From assembly GCA_902518895.1 (NCBI GenBank), contig CABYHL010000001.1:10423-74422 (forward strand): 64,000 nt of DNA. The letters run 5' to 3'. Positions 13,455 through 25,181 of this stretch are shown piece after piece. The number at the start of each line of letters is the position of its first letter. The stretch's first letter is position 1. The translations under genes and the position numbers were made by a program. Source of the stretch: an uncultured Alphaproteobacteria bacterium (GTDB taxonomy: Bacteria > Pseudomonadota > Alphaproteobacteria > HIMB59 > GCA-002718135). The notes under the pieces were generated by a model. It was given only the letters and a program-made list of their open reading frames with translations. It did not search any database and was not told the DNA's origin.

Positions 13455-13768
13455 TAAATAAAAAAACTAAGATTTCATTGTTCAGGGCTTATGACATAAT
13501 TAAAAAGCCAATTACCACAGAGAAATCTACAAATTTACAACAGTTTAATCAATACTCTTTTATTGTATCAAAAAATTCTAATTCTTTTGAAATAAAAAAT
13601 GCAATTGAAATGATTTTTAAAGTTAAAGTTAACAAAGTTAACACTTCAATTTTAAGAGGTAAAGGTAAGACTTTTAAAGGTCAATATGGTTTTAGAAAAG
13701 ATACTAAAAGAGCAATTGTAACACTTGCAGAAGGAAATACAATTGACTCATCATTGGAGATTAAGTAA
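13451..13768 (+). CDS. rplW: 50S ribosomal protein L23
   Basis: P.ITEKS, KRAIVTL; position in the S10 operon. Confidence 0.97.
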   Translation: MINKKTKISLFRAYDIIKKPITTEKSTNLQQFNQYSFIVSKNSNSFEIKNAIEMIFKVKVNKVNTSILRGKGKTFKGQYGFRKDTKRAIVTLAEGNTIDSSLEIK

Positions 13769-14589
13769 TGCTAAATAAATTTAAACCTATAACTCCTGGG
13801 CTTAGAGGCACTGTTTTAGTATCTAAAAAAGAATTATCTAAAGAGAGACCCCACAAAGCACTAACCAAAAAAATAAATTCTACAGGCGGCAGAAATAATC
13901 AAGGCAGAATTACATCAAGAAGAATGGGTGGAGGTGTAAAGAGAAAATATAGGTTAATTGATTTTAAGCGTTCTAAGACTAATATTTCTGCAGAGGTAAT
14001 TAGAAACGAATATGATCCAAATAGGTCGGCGTTTATTTCTTTAGTAAAGTATGATGATGGAGAGCATAAATATATAATCTCCCCAAAAAATATAAAAATT
14101 GGCGAGAAAATTATTTCTGGAGATACTGTAGCAATTAAGAATGGTAACTGTTTACCTATTAATAATATACCAGTTGGAACAAGTATTCATAATATTGAGC
14201 TAAAACCTGGAGCAGGAGGTCAATTAATTAGATCAGCAGGTTCATCCGCCCAAATTGTATCAAAAGAAGAGCCCTATGTTCAAATCAAATTAGTCTCTGG
14301 AGAAATCAGGCATATTAATAAAAATTGTAAAGCTACTATAGGCGAAGTTTCAAATCCAGATCAAAAAAATATTAAACTGGGTAAAGCAGGTAGAAAAAGA
14401 TACTTAGGTTTTAGACCAAAAGTAAGAGGTGTTGTTATGAATCCCGTTGATCACCCACATGGAGGTGGTGAGGGAAGAACTTCAGGTGGTCGTGACCCAG
14501 TAACTCCTTGGGGTGTTTCTACAAAAGGAAAAAAAACAAGGCACAATAAAAAGACAGACATATTTATTATTAAAAGGAAGAAAAAATAA
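13768..14589 (+). CDS. rplB: 50S ribosomal protein L2
   Basis: [21 protein letters not shown]. Confidence 0.99.
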   Translation: MLNKFKPITPGLRGTVLVSKKELSKERPHKALTKKINSTGGRNNQGRITSRRMGGGVKRKYRLIDFKRSKTNISAEVIRNEYDPNRSAFISLVKYDDGEHKYIISPKNIKIGEKIISGDTVAIKNGNCLPINNIPVGTSIHNIELKPGAGGQLIRSAGSSAQIVSKEEPYVQIKLVSGEIRHINKNCKATIGEVSNPDQKNIKLGKAGRKRYLGFRPKVRGVVMNPVDHPHGGGEGRTSGGRDPVTPWGVSTKGKKTRHNKKTDIFIIKRKKK

Positions 14590-14870
14590 TGACAAGATCA
14601 ATTTGGAAAGGTCCATTTGTAGACAGAACTTTAATGAAGAAAGCTGAGAAGCTATCTCAATCTGGTCGAAAAGAAGTTTTAAAAACTTGGTCCAGAAGAT
14701 CTACAATTCTACCTGAATTTGTTGGCTTAACTTTTGGAGTTTACAACGGACAGAAGTTTGTACCTGTAACTATAAATGAACAAATGGTTGGTCATAAGTT
14801 AGGAGAATTTTCTCCAACTAGATCCTTTAAGGGGCATACAGCTGCAGATAAAAAAGCGGAGCAGAAATGA
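14589..14870 (+). CDS. rpsS: 30S ribosomal protein S19
   Basis: [20 protein letters not shown]. Confidence 0.99.
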   Translation: MTRSIWKGPFVDRTLMKKAEKLSQSGRKEVLKTWSRRSTILPEFVGLTFGVYNGQKFVPVTINEQMVGHKLGEFSPTRSFKGHTAADKKAEQK

Positions 14871-15235
14871 GTCAAAATCTTGAAGCGATAGCAAAGGATA
14901 ATATGATTAGAATTAGTCCTACAAAACTTTCGTTAATAGTTAATAGTATTGTTGATATGAAGGTTAGTTCAGCTATTAATCAATTAAAATTTTCTTCAAA
15001 AAGAGTATCTAAAACAATATTAAAAGTTTTAAACGCAGCTATAGCAAATGCAGAAAATAACAAACAATTAGATATTGATAAACTTTTTGTAAAAAAAGCT
15101 TTTGTTGGTAAAAGTTTAAGAATGAAAAGATGGCGACCTAGAGCTAAAGGTAGAGCTGCTTCGATTATAAAACCTTTTAGTAAAGTAACTATTGTAGTTG
15201 AGGAAAGATCAAAAATAGAAAAGGAAAAACAATAA
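14867..15235 (+). CDS. rplV: 50S ribosomal protein L22
   Basis: [15 protein letters not shown]. Confidence 0.98.
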   Translation: MSQNLEAIAKDNMIRISPTKLSLIVNSIVDMKVSSAINQLKFSSKRVSKTILKVLNAAIANAENNKQLDIDKLFVKKAFVGKSLRMKRWRPRAKGRAASIIKPFSKVTIVVEERSKIEKEKQ

Positions 15236-15912
15236 TGGGACAAAAAGTTAATCCATACGGTATCAGACTTGGTATTAATAAAACTTGGTCATCTAGATGG
15301 TTCTCAAAAAGCGAATATACTAAGTTACTACACCAAGATTTAAAGATAAAAAGTTATGTTGAGAAAAAACTAAAGAATGCAAGTATATCGAAAATAAATA
15401 TTGAAAGAGCAGCAAAAAAACTAAGACTTTCAATATACAGCTCAAGACCTGGAATTATTATTGGAAAAAAGGGAGCTGATATAGAAACATTAAAAAAAGA
15501 TCTTTCAAGTATGTCAAATCTAGAGGTATTTTTAGACATAAAAGAGGTAAGAAAGCCCGAAGTTGAGGCAAAATTAGTAGCAGAAAACATTGCTTCTCAA
15601 CTAGAAAAACGTATTTCTTTTAGAAGAGCTATGAAAAAGGCTGTTCAGTCAGCTATGAGATTAGGAGCAAAAGGTGTTAAAGTTGTTTGTAGTGGAAGAT
15701 TAGGAGGAGCAGAAATTGCTCGGACCGAAAAATATCATGAAGGTAGTGTTCCTTTACATACTTTAAGGGGTGATATTGATTATTCTACGGCAGAAGCTGA
15801 AACAACTTATGGAATTTGTGGCATCAAAGTCTGGATAAATAAAGGTGAAATACTCTCTAAAGATCCGTACGCAAGTGAAAAGAAGCAAATCGAACAAGGG
15901 AGTGTTAGATAA
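15235..15912 (+). CDS. rpsC: 30S ribosomal protein S3
   Basis: [24 protein letters not shown]. Confidence 0.99.
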   Translation: MGQKVNPYGIRLGINKTWSSRWFSKSEYTKLLHQDLKIKSYVEKKLKNASISKINIERAAKKLRLSIYSSRPGIIIGKKGADIETLKKDLSSMSNLEVFLDIKEVRKPEVEAKLVAENIASQLEKRISFRRAMKKAVQSAMRLGAKGVKVVCSGRLGGAEIARTEKYHEGSVPLHTLRGDIDYSTAEAETTYGICGIKVWINKGEILSKDPYASEKKQIEQGSVR

Positions 15913-16328
15913 TGAATATGCTATCTCCTAAGAAGACTAAATTTAGAAAACAATTCAAAGGAAGAATCCATGGCAGTGCTAAAGGTAATTACGCACTAAA
16001 TTATGGAAGCTTTGGTTTAAAAGCCTTAGAGCCTGAAAGAGTTACTTCTAGACAAATTGAAGCTGCAAGAAAAGCAATAACAAGATATTTAAAAAGAGCT
16101 GGTAGAATGTGGATTAGGATTTTCCCTGATGTTCCTGTATCAAAAAAACCAGCTGAGGTAAGAATGGGTAAAGGTAAAGGTTCAATTGAATACTGGGCTT
16201 GTAGAGTAAAACCAGGAAGAATAATGTTTGAAGTTGATGGAGTAAATATTAATGACGCTAGAAAAGCTATGACATTAGCGGCAGCTAAACTTCCTATAAA
16301 ATGTAAATTTGTTGAAAGAAATATATAA
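15912..16328 (+). CDS. rplP: 50S ribosomal protein L16
   Basis: [12 protein letters not shown]; the true start may be the second Met at 15918. Confidence 0.99.
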   Translation: MNMLSPKKTKFRKQFKGRIHGSAKGNYALNYGSFGLKALEPERVTSRQIEAARKAITRYLKRAGRMWIRIFPDVPVSKKPAEVRMGKGKGSIEYWACRVKPGRIMFEVDGVNINDARKAMTLAAAKLPIKCKFVERNI

Positions 16329-16522
16329 TGAGTAAAAAAACTGCTACTAACGAAAATAAAATCAAAGAAGAAATTTTGAATCTTAAGAAAAATCTTTTAA
16401 ATTTAAATTTTCAAAAATTTTCAGGTCAACTCGAGAAAACAGCTCAAATAAAAGATATTAAAAAGCAAATAGCTAGATTAAAAACTAAACATAAAATATC
16501 TAATGGAGACAAAAATGCCTAA
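16328..16522 (+). CDS. rpmC: 50S ribosomal protein L29 (divergent N-terminus)
   Basis: GQLE..A.IK..KKQIAR; position between rplP and rpsQ. Confidence 0.93.
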   Translation: MSKKTATNENKIKEEILNLKKNLLNLNFQKFSGQLEKTAQIKDIKKQIARLKTKHKISNGDKNA

Positions 16523-16760
16523 AAGAATTTTGTCAGGGGTTGTATCTTCTTCTAATGCTAACAAAACTATAACAGTAAGTGTTACTAGAAGAATTAAGCA
16601 TAAACTTTATAAAAAAATAATTAGACAAACTAAAAAATACCATGCCCACGACGAAAATAATCAGTATAACATAGGTGACACAGTCTCAATTATTGAAACT
16701 AAACCTATATCTAAATTAAAAAAATGGAAAGTGTATTCTAATTCAGGAGACAATTCATGA
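16515..16760 (+). CDS. rpsQ: 30S ribosomal protein S17
   Basis: [23 protein letters not shown]; start moved to ATG 16515, which follows GGAG at 16505-16508. Confidence 0.98.
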   Translation: MPKRILSGVVSSSNANKTITVSVTRRIKHKLYKKIIRQTKKYHAHDENNQYNIGDTVSIIETKPISKLKKWKVYSNSGDNS

Positions 16761-17125
16761 TACAAATGCAATCTAAGCTTTTTGTAGCTGATAATTCAGG
16801 AGCTAGAAAAATACAATGTATAAAGGTTTTAGGTGGTTCAAAAAGAAGATCAGCTTCAATAGGAGACATAATTGTAGTTTCAGTTAAAGACGCTTTACCA
16901 AGAGCAAAAGTAAAAAAAGGAGATGTTTTTAAAGCTGTAATCGTTAGAACATCTAAAGATTTTAAAAGATCTGATGGTACTGCTATAAGATTTGATAAGA
17001 ACGCTGCTGTCCTCTTAGATAAACAAGAGGAACCAATTGCAACTAGAATTTTTGGACCAGTAACCAGAGAGCTAAGAACAAAAAAATTTATGAAAATAAT
17101 TAGTCTTGCACCGGAGGTTATTTAA
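16757..17125 (+). CDS. rplN: 50S ribosomal protein L14
   Basis: [22 protein letters not shown]. Confidence 0.99.
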   Translation: MIQMQSKLFVADNSGARKIQCIKVLGGSKRRSASIGDIIVVSVKDALPRAKVKKGDVFKAVIVRTSKDFKRSDGTAIRFDKNAAVLLDKQEEPIATRIFGPVTRELRTKKFMKIISLAPEVI

Positions 17126-17442
17126 TGAGTAAAAAATTTAAACTTCGTAAAGGAGATGAGGTAATTGTATTAACCGGAAAAGATAAAGGTAAAACTGGTA
17201 AGATTGTAAAAATGCTTCCAAAGCAAATGAAAGCTATAGTATCTGAAATAAATAAAGTCAAAAAAAACAAAAAACCAGATAACAATCAACCTGGTGGTAT
17301 AATTGAAAAAGAAATGCCCATGCATATTTCAAACCTTGCATTTTATGATACCAATTTAAAAAAAGGTATAAGAATTGGATATAAATTGGATAATGATAAT
17401 AAAATTAGAATTAATAAATCTTCAGGTATGGAAATTAAATGA
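17125..17442 (+). CDS. rplX: 50S ribosomal protein L24
   Basis: KOW motif GDEVIVLTGKDKGKTG; GGIIEKE.P.HISN. Confidence 0.98.
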   Translation: MSKKFKLRKGDEVIVLTGKDKGKTGKIVKMLPKQMKAIVSEINKVKKNKKPDNNQPGGIIEKEMPMHISNLAFYDTNLKKGIRIGYKLDNDNKIRINKSSGMEIK

Positions 17443-17990
17443 GTAGACTTTTAGAACAATATAATAATCAAATTAAACAAGATTTAAAATCAAAGCTAGG
17501 TTTCAAAAATGTTTTTGAAGTACCTAAAATTAAAAAAATTATTTTAAATATGGGAATTGGAGAAGCAAAGGAAGATTCTAAATTAATAGATAAGGCTCAA
17601 GAAGATTTAACGCTTATTTCTGGTCAAAAGGCTGTAAAAACAAAATCTAAAAAAGCTATATCCGGTTTTAAAATTAGAGCAGGTATGCCACTTGGTGCAA
17701 AAGTAACTTTAAGAAATAAAATTATGTATGAATTTCTAGATAGGTTAGTTAACATAGCTATTCCTAGAATCAGAGATTTTAGAGGTCTTAATATTAAAAG
17801 TTTTGATGGAAAAGGCAATTTTTCAATGGGAATTAAAGAGCATGTAATATTTCCAGAAATAAATTTTGACAAAGTTGACAAAATTAAAGGTATGGACATC
17901 ACAATCTGTACATCAGCAAAAAATAATACTGAGGCATTGGAGTTATTGAAATGTTTTAATATGCCTTTTAATGAAAATCAAAGAAGTTAA
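17439..17990 (+). CDS. rplE: 50S ribosomal protein L5
   Basis: [13 protein letters not shown]. Confidence 0.99.
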   Translation: MSRLLEQYNNQIKQDLKSKLGFKNVFEVPKIKKIILNMGIGEAKEDSKLIDKAQEDLTLISGQKAVKTKSKKAISGFKIRAGMPLGAKVTLRNKIMYEFLDRLVNIAIPRIRDFRGLNIKSFDGKGNFSMGIKEHVIFPEINFDKVDKIKGMDITICTSAKNNTEALELLKCFNMPFNENQRS

Positions 17991-17998
17991 GGAGTAAA

Positions 17999-18304
17999 AT
18001 GGCAAAATTAAGTTCTATCCAAAAAAATTTATTTAGGAAAAAATTGATTAATAAATATAAATCTAAAAGAGAGCTATTAAAATCTAAAATTAAGGACAAA
18101 AATATCTCTTTAGAAGAAAGGATTAATCTTCAAAATAAATTGAACGATTTACCTAGAAATGGTTCATCGATAAGACACAGAAATAGATGTGAATTAACTG
18201 GGAGACCAAGAGGAAATTATAGAAAATTTGGATTATCAAGAATTAAATTGAGAGAACTTTCAATGACTGGTGATTTGCCAGGAGTTGTAAAATCAAGTTG
18301 GTAG
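17999..18304 (+). CDS. rpsN: 30S ribosomal protein S14 (long, Zn-ribbon-less type)
   Basis: [29 protein letters not shown]; 101 aa, single Cys. Confidence 0.98.
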   Translation: MAKLSSIQKNLFRKKLINKYKSKRELLKSKIKDKNISLEERINLQNKLNDLPRNGSSIRHRNRCELTGRPRGNYRKFGLSRIKLRELSMTGDLPGVVKSSW

Positions 18305-18313
18305 GAGAAAAAT

Positions 18314-18712
18314 ATGGCTTTTAATGATTCACTTTCAGATATGTTAGCAAGGATTAAGAATGCTCATCAAGCTAATAAAGTATCCACACTATGTCTTAAA
18401 TCTAAATTAAATATTAATGTTTTAAATGTTTTAAAAGATGAAGGTTACATTCGAGATTTTAAAGATATTGAAGAAAGAAAAGGAATTAGTTCTATTAAAA
18501 TAGATTTAAAATACTTTAATGGCACTCCTGTAATAAAGAAAATAAAAAGAATATCAAAACCTGGCATTAGAAAATACTCGAAAATTAGTGACTTAAATAA
18601 GCCATATGGCGGATTAGGTATTTCTATTTTATCTACTCCAAAAGGAGTGATGTCAGATCATCAAGCAAAAAAAAATAACGTTGGTGGTGAAATTTTGTGT
18701 GAGGTTTTTTAA
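18314..18712 (+). CDS. rpsH: 30S ribosomal protein S8
   Basis: DMLARIKNA, ISKPG, STPKGVM..GGE. Confidence 0.99.
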   Translation: MAFNDSLSDMLARIKNAHQANKVSTLCLKSKLNINVLNVLKDEGYIRDFKDIEERKGISSIKIDLKYFNGTPVIKKIKRISKPGIRKYSKISDLNKPYGGLGISILSTPKGVMSDHQAKKNNVGGEILCEVF

Positions 18713-19242
18713 TGTCAAGAATAGCTAAAAATCCAATTAAAATTTCCAAAGAAGTTGAATGTAGTTTTAAAGATGGTATTTTTTCAGCTAAAGGTAAATT
18801 AGGACAAATGGAAATTTCAGTAAATTCCAATTTCACTATCAATATAGAGGAAGATGAAGTTAAAGTTCTACCATTAAAAGAAATTACAAATGACCCTAAT
18901 TGGGGCACTACTAGAGCAATAATTGCAAATACAATTAATGGTGTTACCAATGGTTTTACAAAGACACTAGAATTAAATGGAACTGGATATCGTGCTAGCG
19001 TTACTGGCTCTAAACTCAAGCTTGAACTTGGTTATAGCCATGATATTAACTTTGAAATTCCAACAGAAGTCAAAATTGAATGTCCAAAACAAAATTTGAT
19101 TAAACTTACTAGTATAAATAAAGAAAAATTGGGCGCTGCTGCTGCTAAGATAAGATCTTACAGAAAACCAGAACCTTTTAAAGGTAAAGGTATAAAATAT
19201 TCAGATGAGTATATTTTTAGAAAAGAAGGAAAAAAGAAATAA
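18712..19242 (+). CDS. rplF: 50S ribosomal protein L6
   Basis: LGYSH, RKPEPFKGKG. Confidence 0.99.
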   Translation: MSRIAKNPIKISKEVECSFKDGIFSAKGKLGQMEISVNSNFTINIEEDEVKVLPLKEITNDPNWGTTRAIIANTINGVTNGFTKTLELNGTGYRASVTGSKLKLELGYSHDINFEIPTEVKIECPKQNLIKLTSINKEKLGAAAAKIRSYRKPEPFKGKGIKYSDEYIFRKEGKKK

Positions 19243-19244
19243 TA

Positions 19245-19577
19245 ATGAAAAATAGAAAACAAAGAGTAAGATATAAAACAAAAAAAGTTTCAAATAGAAA
19301 TAGATTGACAGTTTTCAGATCAAATAATCATCTTTATGCTCAATTAATTGACGATACAAAAGGACTTACTTTAGCAAGTTCTTCATCTATTGAAAAATCA
19401 ATAAAAGAAAAAAATCTTTCTAGAAAAGAAACTGCAGAACTTATTGGCAAAAGTATTGCAAAAAAAATAATTGCAAAAGGTATTGATAAAGTGGCCTTTG
19501 ATAGAGGTAAATATAAATATCATGGTCTCATAAAAATACTGGCTGAAGCAGCTAGAGTAGAAGGTTTAAACTTTTAG
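19245..19577 (+). CDS. rplR: 50S ribosomal protein L18
   Basis: RL.VFRSN.H.YAQ.IDD, FDRG.Y.YHG. Confidence 0.98.
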   Translation: MKNRKQRVRYKTKKVSNRNRLTVFRSNNHLYAQLIDDTKGLTLASSSSIEKSIKEKNLSRKETAELIGKSIAKKIIAKGIDKVAFDRGKYKYHGLIKILAEAARVEGLNF

Positions 19578-19585
19578 AGGTATAT

Positions 19586-20095
19586 ATGTTTGAAAATGAT
19601 AAAAATGATTTTAGTGAACATTTAGTTACTATAAATAGGGTAGCTAAGGTTGTTAAAGGTGGTAGAAGATTTGGTTTTGCAGCAATAATGATTGTTGGTG
19701 ATAATAAGGGAAGAGTTGGAATAGGTACAGGTAAAGCAAAAGAAGTTCCAGAAGCAGTAAGAAAAGCAACAGAAAATGCTAAAAGTAAAATGATTAGAGT
19801 TCATCTAAAAGAAAATAGAACAATACATCATGATACCATTGGTCGATTTGGAGCAGGAAAAGTAATACTTAGATCTGCCTCTCCTGGTACTGGAATCATA
19901 GCAGGTGGGCCAATGAGGGCTTTATTTGAATCTTTAGGAATAAAAGATGTAGTTGCTAAATCAACCGGTACATCCAATCCACATAATATGTTAAAAGCAA
20001 CTTTAAACGCTTTCAAAATGTCTGAGTCTCCAAAATCAGTTGCTGCTAAAAGATCAAAAAAAATTAACGAAATTAATAATTCTAAGAGTAATTAA
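19586..20095 (+). CDS. rpsE: 30S ribosomal protein S5
   Basis: [22 protein letters not shown]. Confidence 0.99.
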   Translation: MFENDKNDFSEHLVTINRVAKVVKGGRRFGFAAIMIVGDNKGRVGIGTGKAKEVPEAVRKATENAKSKMIRVHLKENRTIHHDTIGRFGAGKVILRSASPGTGIIAGGPMRALFESLGIKDVVAKSTGTSNPHNMLKATLNAFKMSESPKSVAAKRSKKINEINNSKSN

Positions 20096-20097
20096 AA

Positions 20098-20556
20098 ATG
20101 AAAATTAATGAATTAAAGTCTAATTTAACTTCAAACAAAAAAAATAAAAGAAGAGGTAGAGGTTCAGGGTCTGGACTTGGAAAAACTTCTGGTAGAGGTG
20201 TTAAAGGTCAAAAATCAAGATCTGGAGTCTCTATTAATGGATTTGAAGGCGGTCAAATGCCTATATATAGAAGACTGCCAAAAAGAGGATTTAAAAATTA
20301 TTTTAAAACAAAAACACAAAATATTAATTTTATTATGATTAATAATATTTTAAAAAAATATAAGCTTAATCCTCAAGAAATAAGTGAGACAGTTTTATTT
20401 GATAAAAAAATATTCAAAAGATCAAAAGGAAGTTTAAAACTTCTTAATGTTGGTAAACTAGATATTAAAACTAATTTAGAAATTTCTTATGCTTCAAAAA
20501 AGGCAATAGAGGTTGTAGAAAAATTAGGTGGAACAATTAAGTTAATTAAGAAATAA
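20098..20556 (+). CDS. rplO: 50S ribosomal protein L15
   Basis: [33 protein letters not shown]. Confidence 0.99.
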   Translation: MKINELKSNLTSNKKNKRRGRGSGSGLGKTSGRGVKGQKSRSGVSINGFEGGQMPIYRRLPKRGFKNYFKTKTQNINFIMINNILKKYKLNPQEISETVLFDKKIFKRSKGSLKLLNVGKLDIKTNLEISYASKKAIEVVEKLGGTIKLIKK

Positions 20557-21897
20557 ATGGCAACAGCTGCAGATAGACTAGCAAATAACCTAAACTTTGG
20601 TGCTTTAGGTAAGGCAACTGAACTAAGACAAAGACTTCTATTTACTTTAGGTGCTCTAATTGTTTTTCGACTAGGAACATTTTTGCCAATTCCAGGTATT
20701 AACCCACTTGCACTACAACAATTTTTCGAGCAACAATCTTCGGGTATTCTAGGGATATTTGATACATTTTCGGGAGGAGCTCTTGGTAGAATGGGAATTT
20801 TTGCTCTTGGTGTCATGCCATATATATCTTCATCAATTATTATGACTCTAATGCAGTCAGCAATTCCTTACCTTAAGTCACTTAAAGAACAAGGATCAAA
20901 GGGAAGAAGACAGCTTCTTCAATATACAAGATATTTTACCGTACTTATTGCTGCTATACAGGGTTACGGAGTATCAATAGGATTAGAGTCAATGCAAACA
21001 ACTTATGGTAATATTGTTTTTGAGCCTGGTCTTTTTTTTAGACTTACCACAGTCATTACTCTAGTTGGAGGAACAATATTCTTAATGTGGCTTGGTGAAC
21101 AAATCTCTTCAAGAGGAGTGGGAAATGGAATTTCTCTCATTATTACAGCTGGAATCATTGCTAATTTACCAAGTGCTTTTGTAAGTACCCTTCAATTAGG
21201 AAGAACAGGTGAATTAAGTATTGCTTTTATTTTAGGAATTTTAATACTTATATTATTATTAATTATATTTATTGTATTTGTTGAAAAAGGACAGAGAAGA
21301 TTGCCTGTTCAGTATCCTAAAAGACAAGTTGGAAACAAAATATATGGCGGTCAGAGTTCTCATTTACCTTTAAAAATTAATACTGCCGGAGTGATTCCAG
21401 TTATTTTTGCATCCTCTATTTTGTTACTACCAAATACAATGTCTGGTTTTGGAGCAGGTTCTTCGAGCGATATATTTATACTTATTTCAAGTTACTTAGG
21501 AAGAGGTCAGCCCTTATATTTGGCATTATACGCAGCAATGATAATTTTCTTTGGATTTTTTTATACCTCTATCGTATTTAATCCAGATGAACAAGCAGAG
21601 AACCTAAGAAAGTATGGTGGTTTTATTCCTGGAATAAGACCTGGTGAAAACACTTCTAAATATATTGAATTTGTTTTAGTCAGGTTAACAACAATAGGTA
21701 CTATTTATTTAACTTTCGTTGCCCTACTTCCAGAATTTCTTTTATCTAGAACTTCAATTCCATTTTATCTCGGAGGAACTGCACTACTTATAGTCGTTGT
21801 TGTGATGATTGACTTTATTACTCAGGTGCAGTCACACTTATTTCAGCATCAGTATGAAGGCCTTCTTAAAAAAACAAAATTAAAAGGCAGAAGATAA
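20557..21897 (+). CDS. secY: Preprotein translocase subunit SecY
   Basis: Multi-TM; FALGVMPYI, WLGEQI..GVGNGISL, IPGIRPG. Confidence 0.99.
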   Translation: MATAADRLANNLNFGALGKATELRQRLLFTLGALIVFRLGTFLPIPGINPLALQQFFEQQSSGILGIFDTFSGGALGRMGIFALGVMPYISSSIIMTLMQSAIPYLKSLKEQGSKGRRQLLQYTRYFTVLIAAIQGYGVSIGLESMQTTYGNIVFEPGLFFRLTTVITLVGGTIFLMWLGEQISSRGVGNGISLIITAGIIANLPSAFVSTLQLGRTGELSIAFILGILILILLLIIFIVFVEKGQRRLPVQYPKRQVGNKIYGGQSSHLPLKINTAGVIPVIFASSILLLPNTMSGFGAGSSSDIFILISSYLGRGQPLYLALYAAMIIFFGFFYTSIVFNPDEQAENLRKYGGFIPGIRPGENTSKYIEFVLVRLTTIGTIYLTFVALLPEFLLSRTSIPFYLGGTALLIVVVVMIDFITQVQSHLFQHQYEGLLKKTKLKGRR

Positions 21898-22464
21898 TTG
21901 AATAACATTGTTTTTTTTGGCCCTCCAGGAGCTGGAAAAGGTACCCAGGCTAAAATTATTTCTAATTTTTTAAAAGTTTCCCATCTCTCAACTGGCGATA
22001 TCTTAAGAGGAAAGTTAAATGATAAAGATAATCTTGCAATCGAATTAAAAAAAATTATGTCTTCAGGTAATTTAGTTTCTGATGAAATTTTAAATTCCAT
22101 AGTTTCCTCAAGGTTAGTAAAAGAAAAAAATAATGGTTTTATTTTAGATGGTTATCCTAGAACTTTAAATCAATCAGAATTCTTAAACAAATTTCTTTCT
22201 GATAATTCGACCTCGATAAATTTTATATTTAATATTCAAATAGACTTCAATATTTTGACTTCCAGAATATTGAAAAGATCTAAAGAGGAAAATAGAGAAG
22301 ATGATAATATAGAAGTTATTAAAACTAGATATGAAGAATATTTAAATTCAACGCAGAAAGTGTCCAATTATTATAAAAATCAATTTTCAACAATATTTCA
22401 TGAAATAGATGGTTCTTTACAAATTGAAGAAATAACTGAGAAAATCAAACAAATTTTAAAATAA
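21898..22464 (+). CDS. adk: Adenylate kinase, short-LID type (TTG start)
   Basis: GPPGAGKGTQ, STGDILR, LDGYPR, short R..R.DD lid. Confidence 0.96.
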   Translation: MNNIVFFGPPGAGKGTQAKIISNFLKVSHLSTGDILRGKLNDKDNLAIELKKIMSSGNLVSDEILNSIVSSRLVKEKNNGFILDGYPRTLNQSEFLNKFLSDNSTSINFIFNIQIDFNILTSRILKRSKEENREDDNIEVIKTRYEEYLNSTQKVSNYYKNQFSTIFHEIDGSLQIEEITEKIKQILK

Positions 22465-22500
22465 TCATGAAAAACAGCCAAAAATCTATCACATCTTTCC

Positions 22501-22530
22501 TTGACTAATTGTACAAATATCATGTATTCA
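22501..22530 (+). promoter_or_regulatory. Putative sigma70 promoter of the alpha (rpsM) operon
   Basis: TTGACT (22501-22506)-N18-TATTCA (22525-22530). Confidence 0.55.
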
Positions 22531-22558
22531 CCCTCATTCAATTTTTTTTGACTCATTT

Positions 22559-22939
22559 ATGGCTAGAATTTCAGGCGTTAACATTCCAACAAACAAAAAG
22601 GTAAATATTGCACTTACCTACATATTTGGCATAGGGAAAAAATTTGCACTAGACATTTGTAATGGTGCATCAATTGATATTTCTAAACGTGTGAGTGAAT
22701 TAAATGAAGAAGAAGTAAACAAAATTAGAGATTTAATTGATAAAGAATATTCTGTTGAAGGAGATTTAAGAAGAAAAATTTCTCTTGATATAAAAAGATT
22801 AAATGATTTGGGCTGTTACAGAGGTCTTAGACATAGAAAAAAACTACCCGTAAGAGGACAAAGAACTCACACAAATGCTAGAACTAGAAAAGGCAAGGCA
22901 GTTGCAATAGCAGGCAAAAAGAAAGTTACTAAGGGATAA
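22559..22939 (+). CDS. rpsM: 30S ribosomal protein S13
   Basis: [33 protein letters not shown]. Confidence 0.99.
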   Translation: MARISGVNIPTNKKVNIALTYIFGIGKKFALDICNGASIDISKRVSELNEEEVNKIRDLIDKEYSVEGDLRRKISLDIKRLNDLGCYRGLRHRKKLPVRGQRTHTNARTRKGKAVAIAGKKKVTKG

Positions 22940-22941
22940 AA

Positions 22942-23322
22942 GTGGTAGATAAAAAAAAATCAAAAATCAAAAAAAAATTGTCTTCTGGTATTGCTCATAT
23001 TGTTTCATCATTTAATAATACAATCATTACAATTTCAGACGAAAAAGGTAATGCTTTAGCATGGTCATCATCTGGTCATAAGGGCTTTAAAGGATCTAGA
23101 AAATCTACACCTTATGCTGCACAAATTGCTGCTGAAGATGTTGGTAATAAAGCTAAAGAATATGGGTTAAAAAATCTTAAAGTTGAAGTTTCTGGTCCAG
23201 GTTCAGGTAGAGAGTCCGCTCTTAGATCATTGCAATCCATAGGCTATGTTATTACATCTATTAAAGATGTGACACCAATACCTCACAATGGATGCAGACC
23301 AAGAAAAAGAAGAAGAGTTTAA
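22942..23322 (+). CDS. rpsK: 30S ribosomal protein S11 (GTG start)
   Basis: [26 protein letters not shown]. Confidence 0.99.
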   Translation: MVDKKKSKIKKKLSSGIAHIVSSFNNTIITISDEKGNALAWSSSGHKGFKGSRKSTPYAAQIAAEDVGNKAKEYGLKNLKVEVSGPGSGRESALRSLQSIGYVITSIKDVTPIPHNGCRPRKRRRV

Positions 23323-23338
23323 ATAAAGGAGTATTTGA

Positions 23339-24361
23339 GTGTTACAAAAAAACTGGAGTGAATTAATAAAACCTACAAAAATGGAAGTAAATGTTGAAGA
23401 GGGAAATGGTAGAATTGGTAAACTAACAGCTGAACCTTTAGAAAGGGGTTTTGGTTTAACTCTAGGTAATTCTTTAAGAAGAATTTTACTATCATCTTTA
23501 CAGGGTGCAGCAATTACATCTGTGAAAATTAAAGGTGTTGTTCATGAATTTTCTACAATTCCTGGAGTCAAAGAAGATCTAACAGATATTTTATTAAATT
23601 TAAAATCGGTAGCCGTAAAAGTTCACTCGCAAGGCCTAAAAAAAATGTATATCAAATCAAATGGCTCAGGTGAAATTAGAGCTGGTAATTTCGAAACAGA
23701 CTCAGAAACAGAAATTATGAACCCTGATCAATTGATTATGACTCTCGACTCTAATGCTGATGTTGAAATTGAGGCGAATGTGGAGACTGGAAAAGGTTAT
23801 GTATCTGCTGAAGTTGCTGAAGATGAAAATAAAATTATCGGAGAAATAAAACTAGATGCTATGTTCAGTCCAGTTGTAAAAGCTTCTTATAAAGTAGAAA
23901 ATAGCAGAGTTGGGCAGGTTACTGACTTTGATAAATTAGTTTTTGAAGTTGAAACAAATGGTGCAATAACTCCTGATGACGCTATTGCTCTTGCAGCAAG
24001 AATTTTGCAAGATCAATTACAACCTTTTATTAACTTCGATGAACCTGAGGTATTACCTGATCAATCAAATGTTGAAGCTTTATCTTTCAATTCAAATTTA
24101 CTAAAAAAGGTTGAAGAACTAGAGTTGTCAGTTAGATCAGCCAACTGTCTAAAAAATGATAATATTATTTATATTGGAGATCTTGTTCAAAAGTCAGAAT
24201 CAGAAATGCTGAGAACTCCAAATTTTGGTAGAAAATCTCTTAACGAAATAAAGGAAGTCCTTCAGCAAATGGAGCTAAATCTTGGAATGTCAGTACCAGA
24301 TTGGCCACCGGAAAATATAGATGAGTTAGCAAAGAAATACGAGGACCCCTTCAATAAATAA
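23339..24361 (+). CDS. rpoA: RNA polymerase alpha subunit (GTG start)
   Basis: [35 protein letters not shown]; AAGGAG SD. Confidence 0.99.
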   Translation: MLQKNWSELIKPTKMEVNVEEGNGRIGKLTAEPLERGFGLTLGNSLRRILLSSLQGAAITSVKIKGVVHEFSTIPGVKEDLTDILLNLKSVAVKVHSQGLKKMYIKSNGSGEIRAGNFETDSETEIMNPDQLIMTLDSNADVEIEANVETGKGYVSAEVAEDENKIIGEIKLDAMFSPVVKASYKVENSRVGQVTDFDKLVFEVETNGAITPDDAIALAARILQDQLQPFINFDEPEVLPDQSNVEALSFNSNLLKKVEELELSVRSANCLKNDNIIYIGDLVQKSESEMLRTPNFGRKSLNEIKEVLQQMELNLGMSVPDWPPENIDELAKKYEDPFNK

Positions 24362-24367
24362 ATTTTT

Positions 24368-24805
24368 ATGAAACATAATATTAAAAATAAAAAATTAAAT
24401 AAAACTACCTCCCATAGAAAAGCAATGTTTATGAACATGTCAAATGCACTCATAAAGCATGAGCAAATCACAACAACTTTAGCAAAGGCTAAAGAGTTAA
24501 GAAGATTTGTAGAAAAAATTGTAACTCTAGGAAAAAAAGGTGATTTGCTATCAAGAAAAAAAGCAATTTCTATTTTACAAGATAAAAAAATGTCTAAAAA
24601 AGTTTTTGATGTGCTTTCTGAAAGATATAAAAGTAGAAGTGGTGGATATACTCGTATTATAAAACTTGGAAACAGATTTGGTGATAATGCCCCTACAGCG
24701 GTGATAGAATTTGTTGACAGAGATGAAAATGCAAAAGGACAAGATAGCGGTCCTGTTATTGAAAAAAAATCTACTGAAGAAGTAGAACCACAACCTCAAA
24801 TTTAG
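24368..24805 (+). CDS. rplQ: 50S ribosomal protein L17
   Basis: HEQITTT..KAKELR, GGYTRI, R.GD.A. Confidence 0.99.
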   Translation: MKHNIKNKKLNKTTSHRKAMFMNMSNALIKHEQITTTLAKAKELRRFVEKIVTLGKKGDLLSRKKAISILQDKKMSKKVFDVLSERYKSRSGGYTRIIKLGNRFGDNAPTAVIEFVDRDENAKGQDSGPVIEKKSTEEVEPQPQI

Positions 24806-24811
24806 AAACTT

Positions 24812-25180
24812 TTGTTCAATATATTTTTTGTAGCAACTGGTGGTGCAACAGGTGCCGTCTTGAGATATATCTTAACTAGCTTCAGCAAAAATTTATTTAC
24901 ATCTAGTATCTACGGCACACTTTCTGTGAATATTTTAGGCTCTTTTTTAATTGGATATCTAATTACCTCTGATTATGCAAAGAGTTTATCTGAAGATTTC
25001 GTAAAGTTTTTTTTGATAATTGGCTTACTTGGTTCTTTTACTACTTTTTCTGCTTTTTCTTATGAAGTAGTAAATTTAATAAATTCAAAAAAAATGCTTA
25101 TATCTTTTTTTTATATCTTTATTTCAATTTTTTTGTGCATTCTATTTGCTTATATAGGAATGATAATAAATAAATTTTAA
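24812..25180 (+). CDS. crcB: Fluoride channel FluC/CrcB (TTG start)
   Basis: GG..GA..RY, GTL.VN..GSF..G, G..GSFTTFS.F. Confidence 0.93.
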   Translation: MFNIFFVATGGATGAVLRYILTSFSKNLFTSSIYGTLSVNILGSFLIGYLITSDYAKSLSEDFVKFFLIIGLLGSFTTFSAFSYEVVNLINSKKMLISFFYIFISIFLCILFAYIGMIINKF

Positions 25181-25181
25181 A

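Noticed and set aside
22559-24805. Absence of rpsD, rpmJ, infA and map from the secY-alpha region
   Set aside because: Normal for alphaproteobacteria, where these genes are located elsewhere
24806-24811. Fluoride riboswitch upstream of crcB
   Set aside because: Only 6 nt separate rplQ from crcB, and there is no riboswitch consensus
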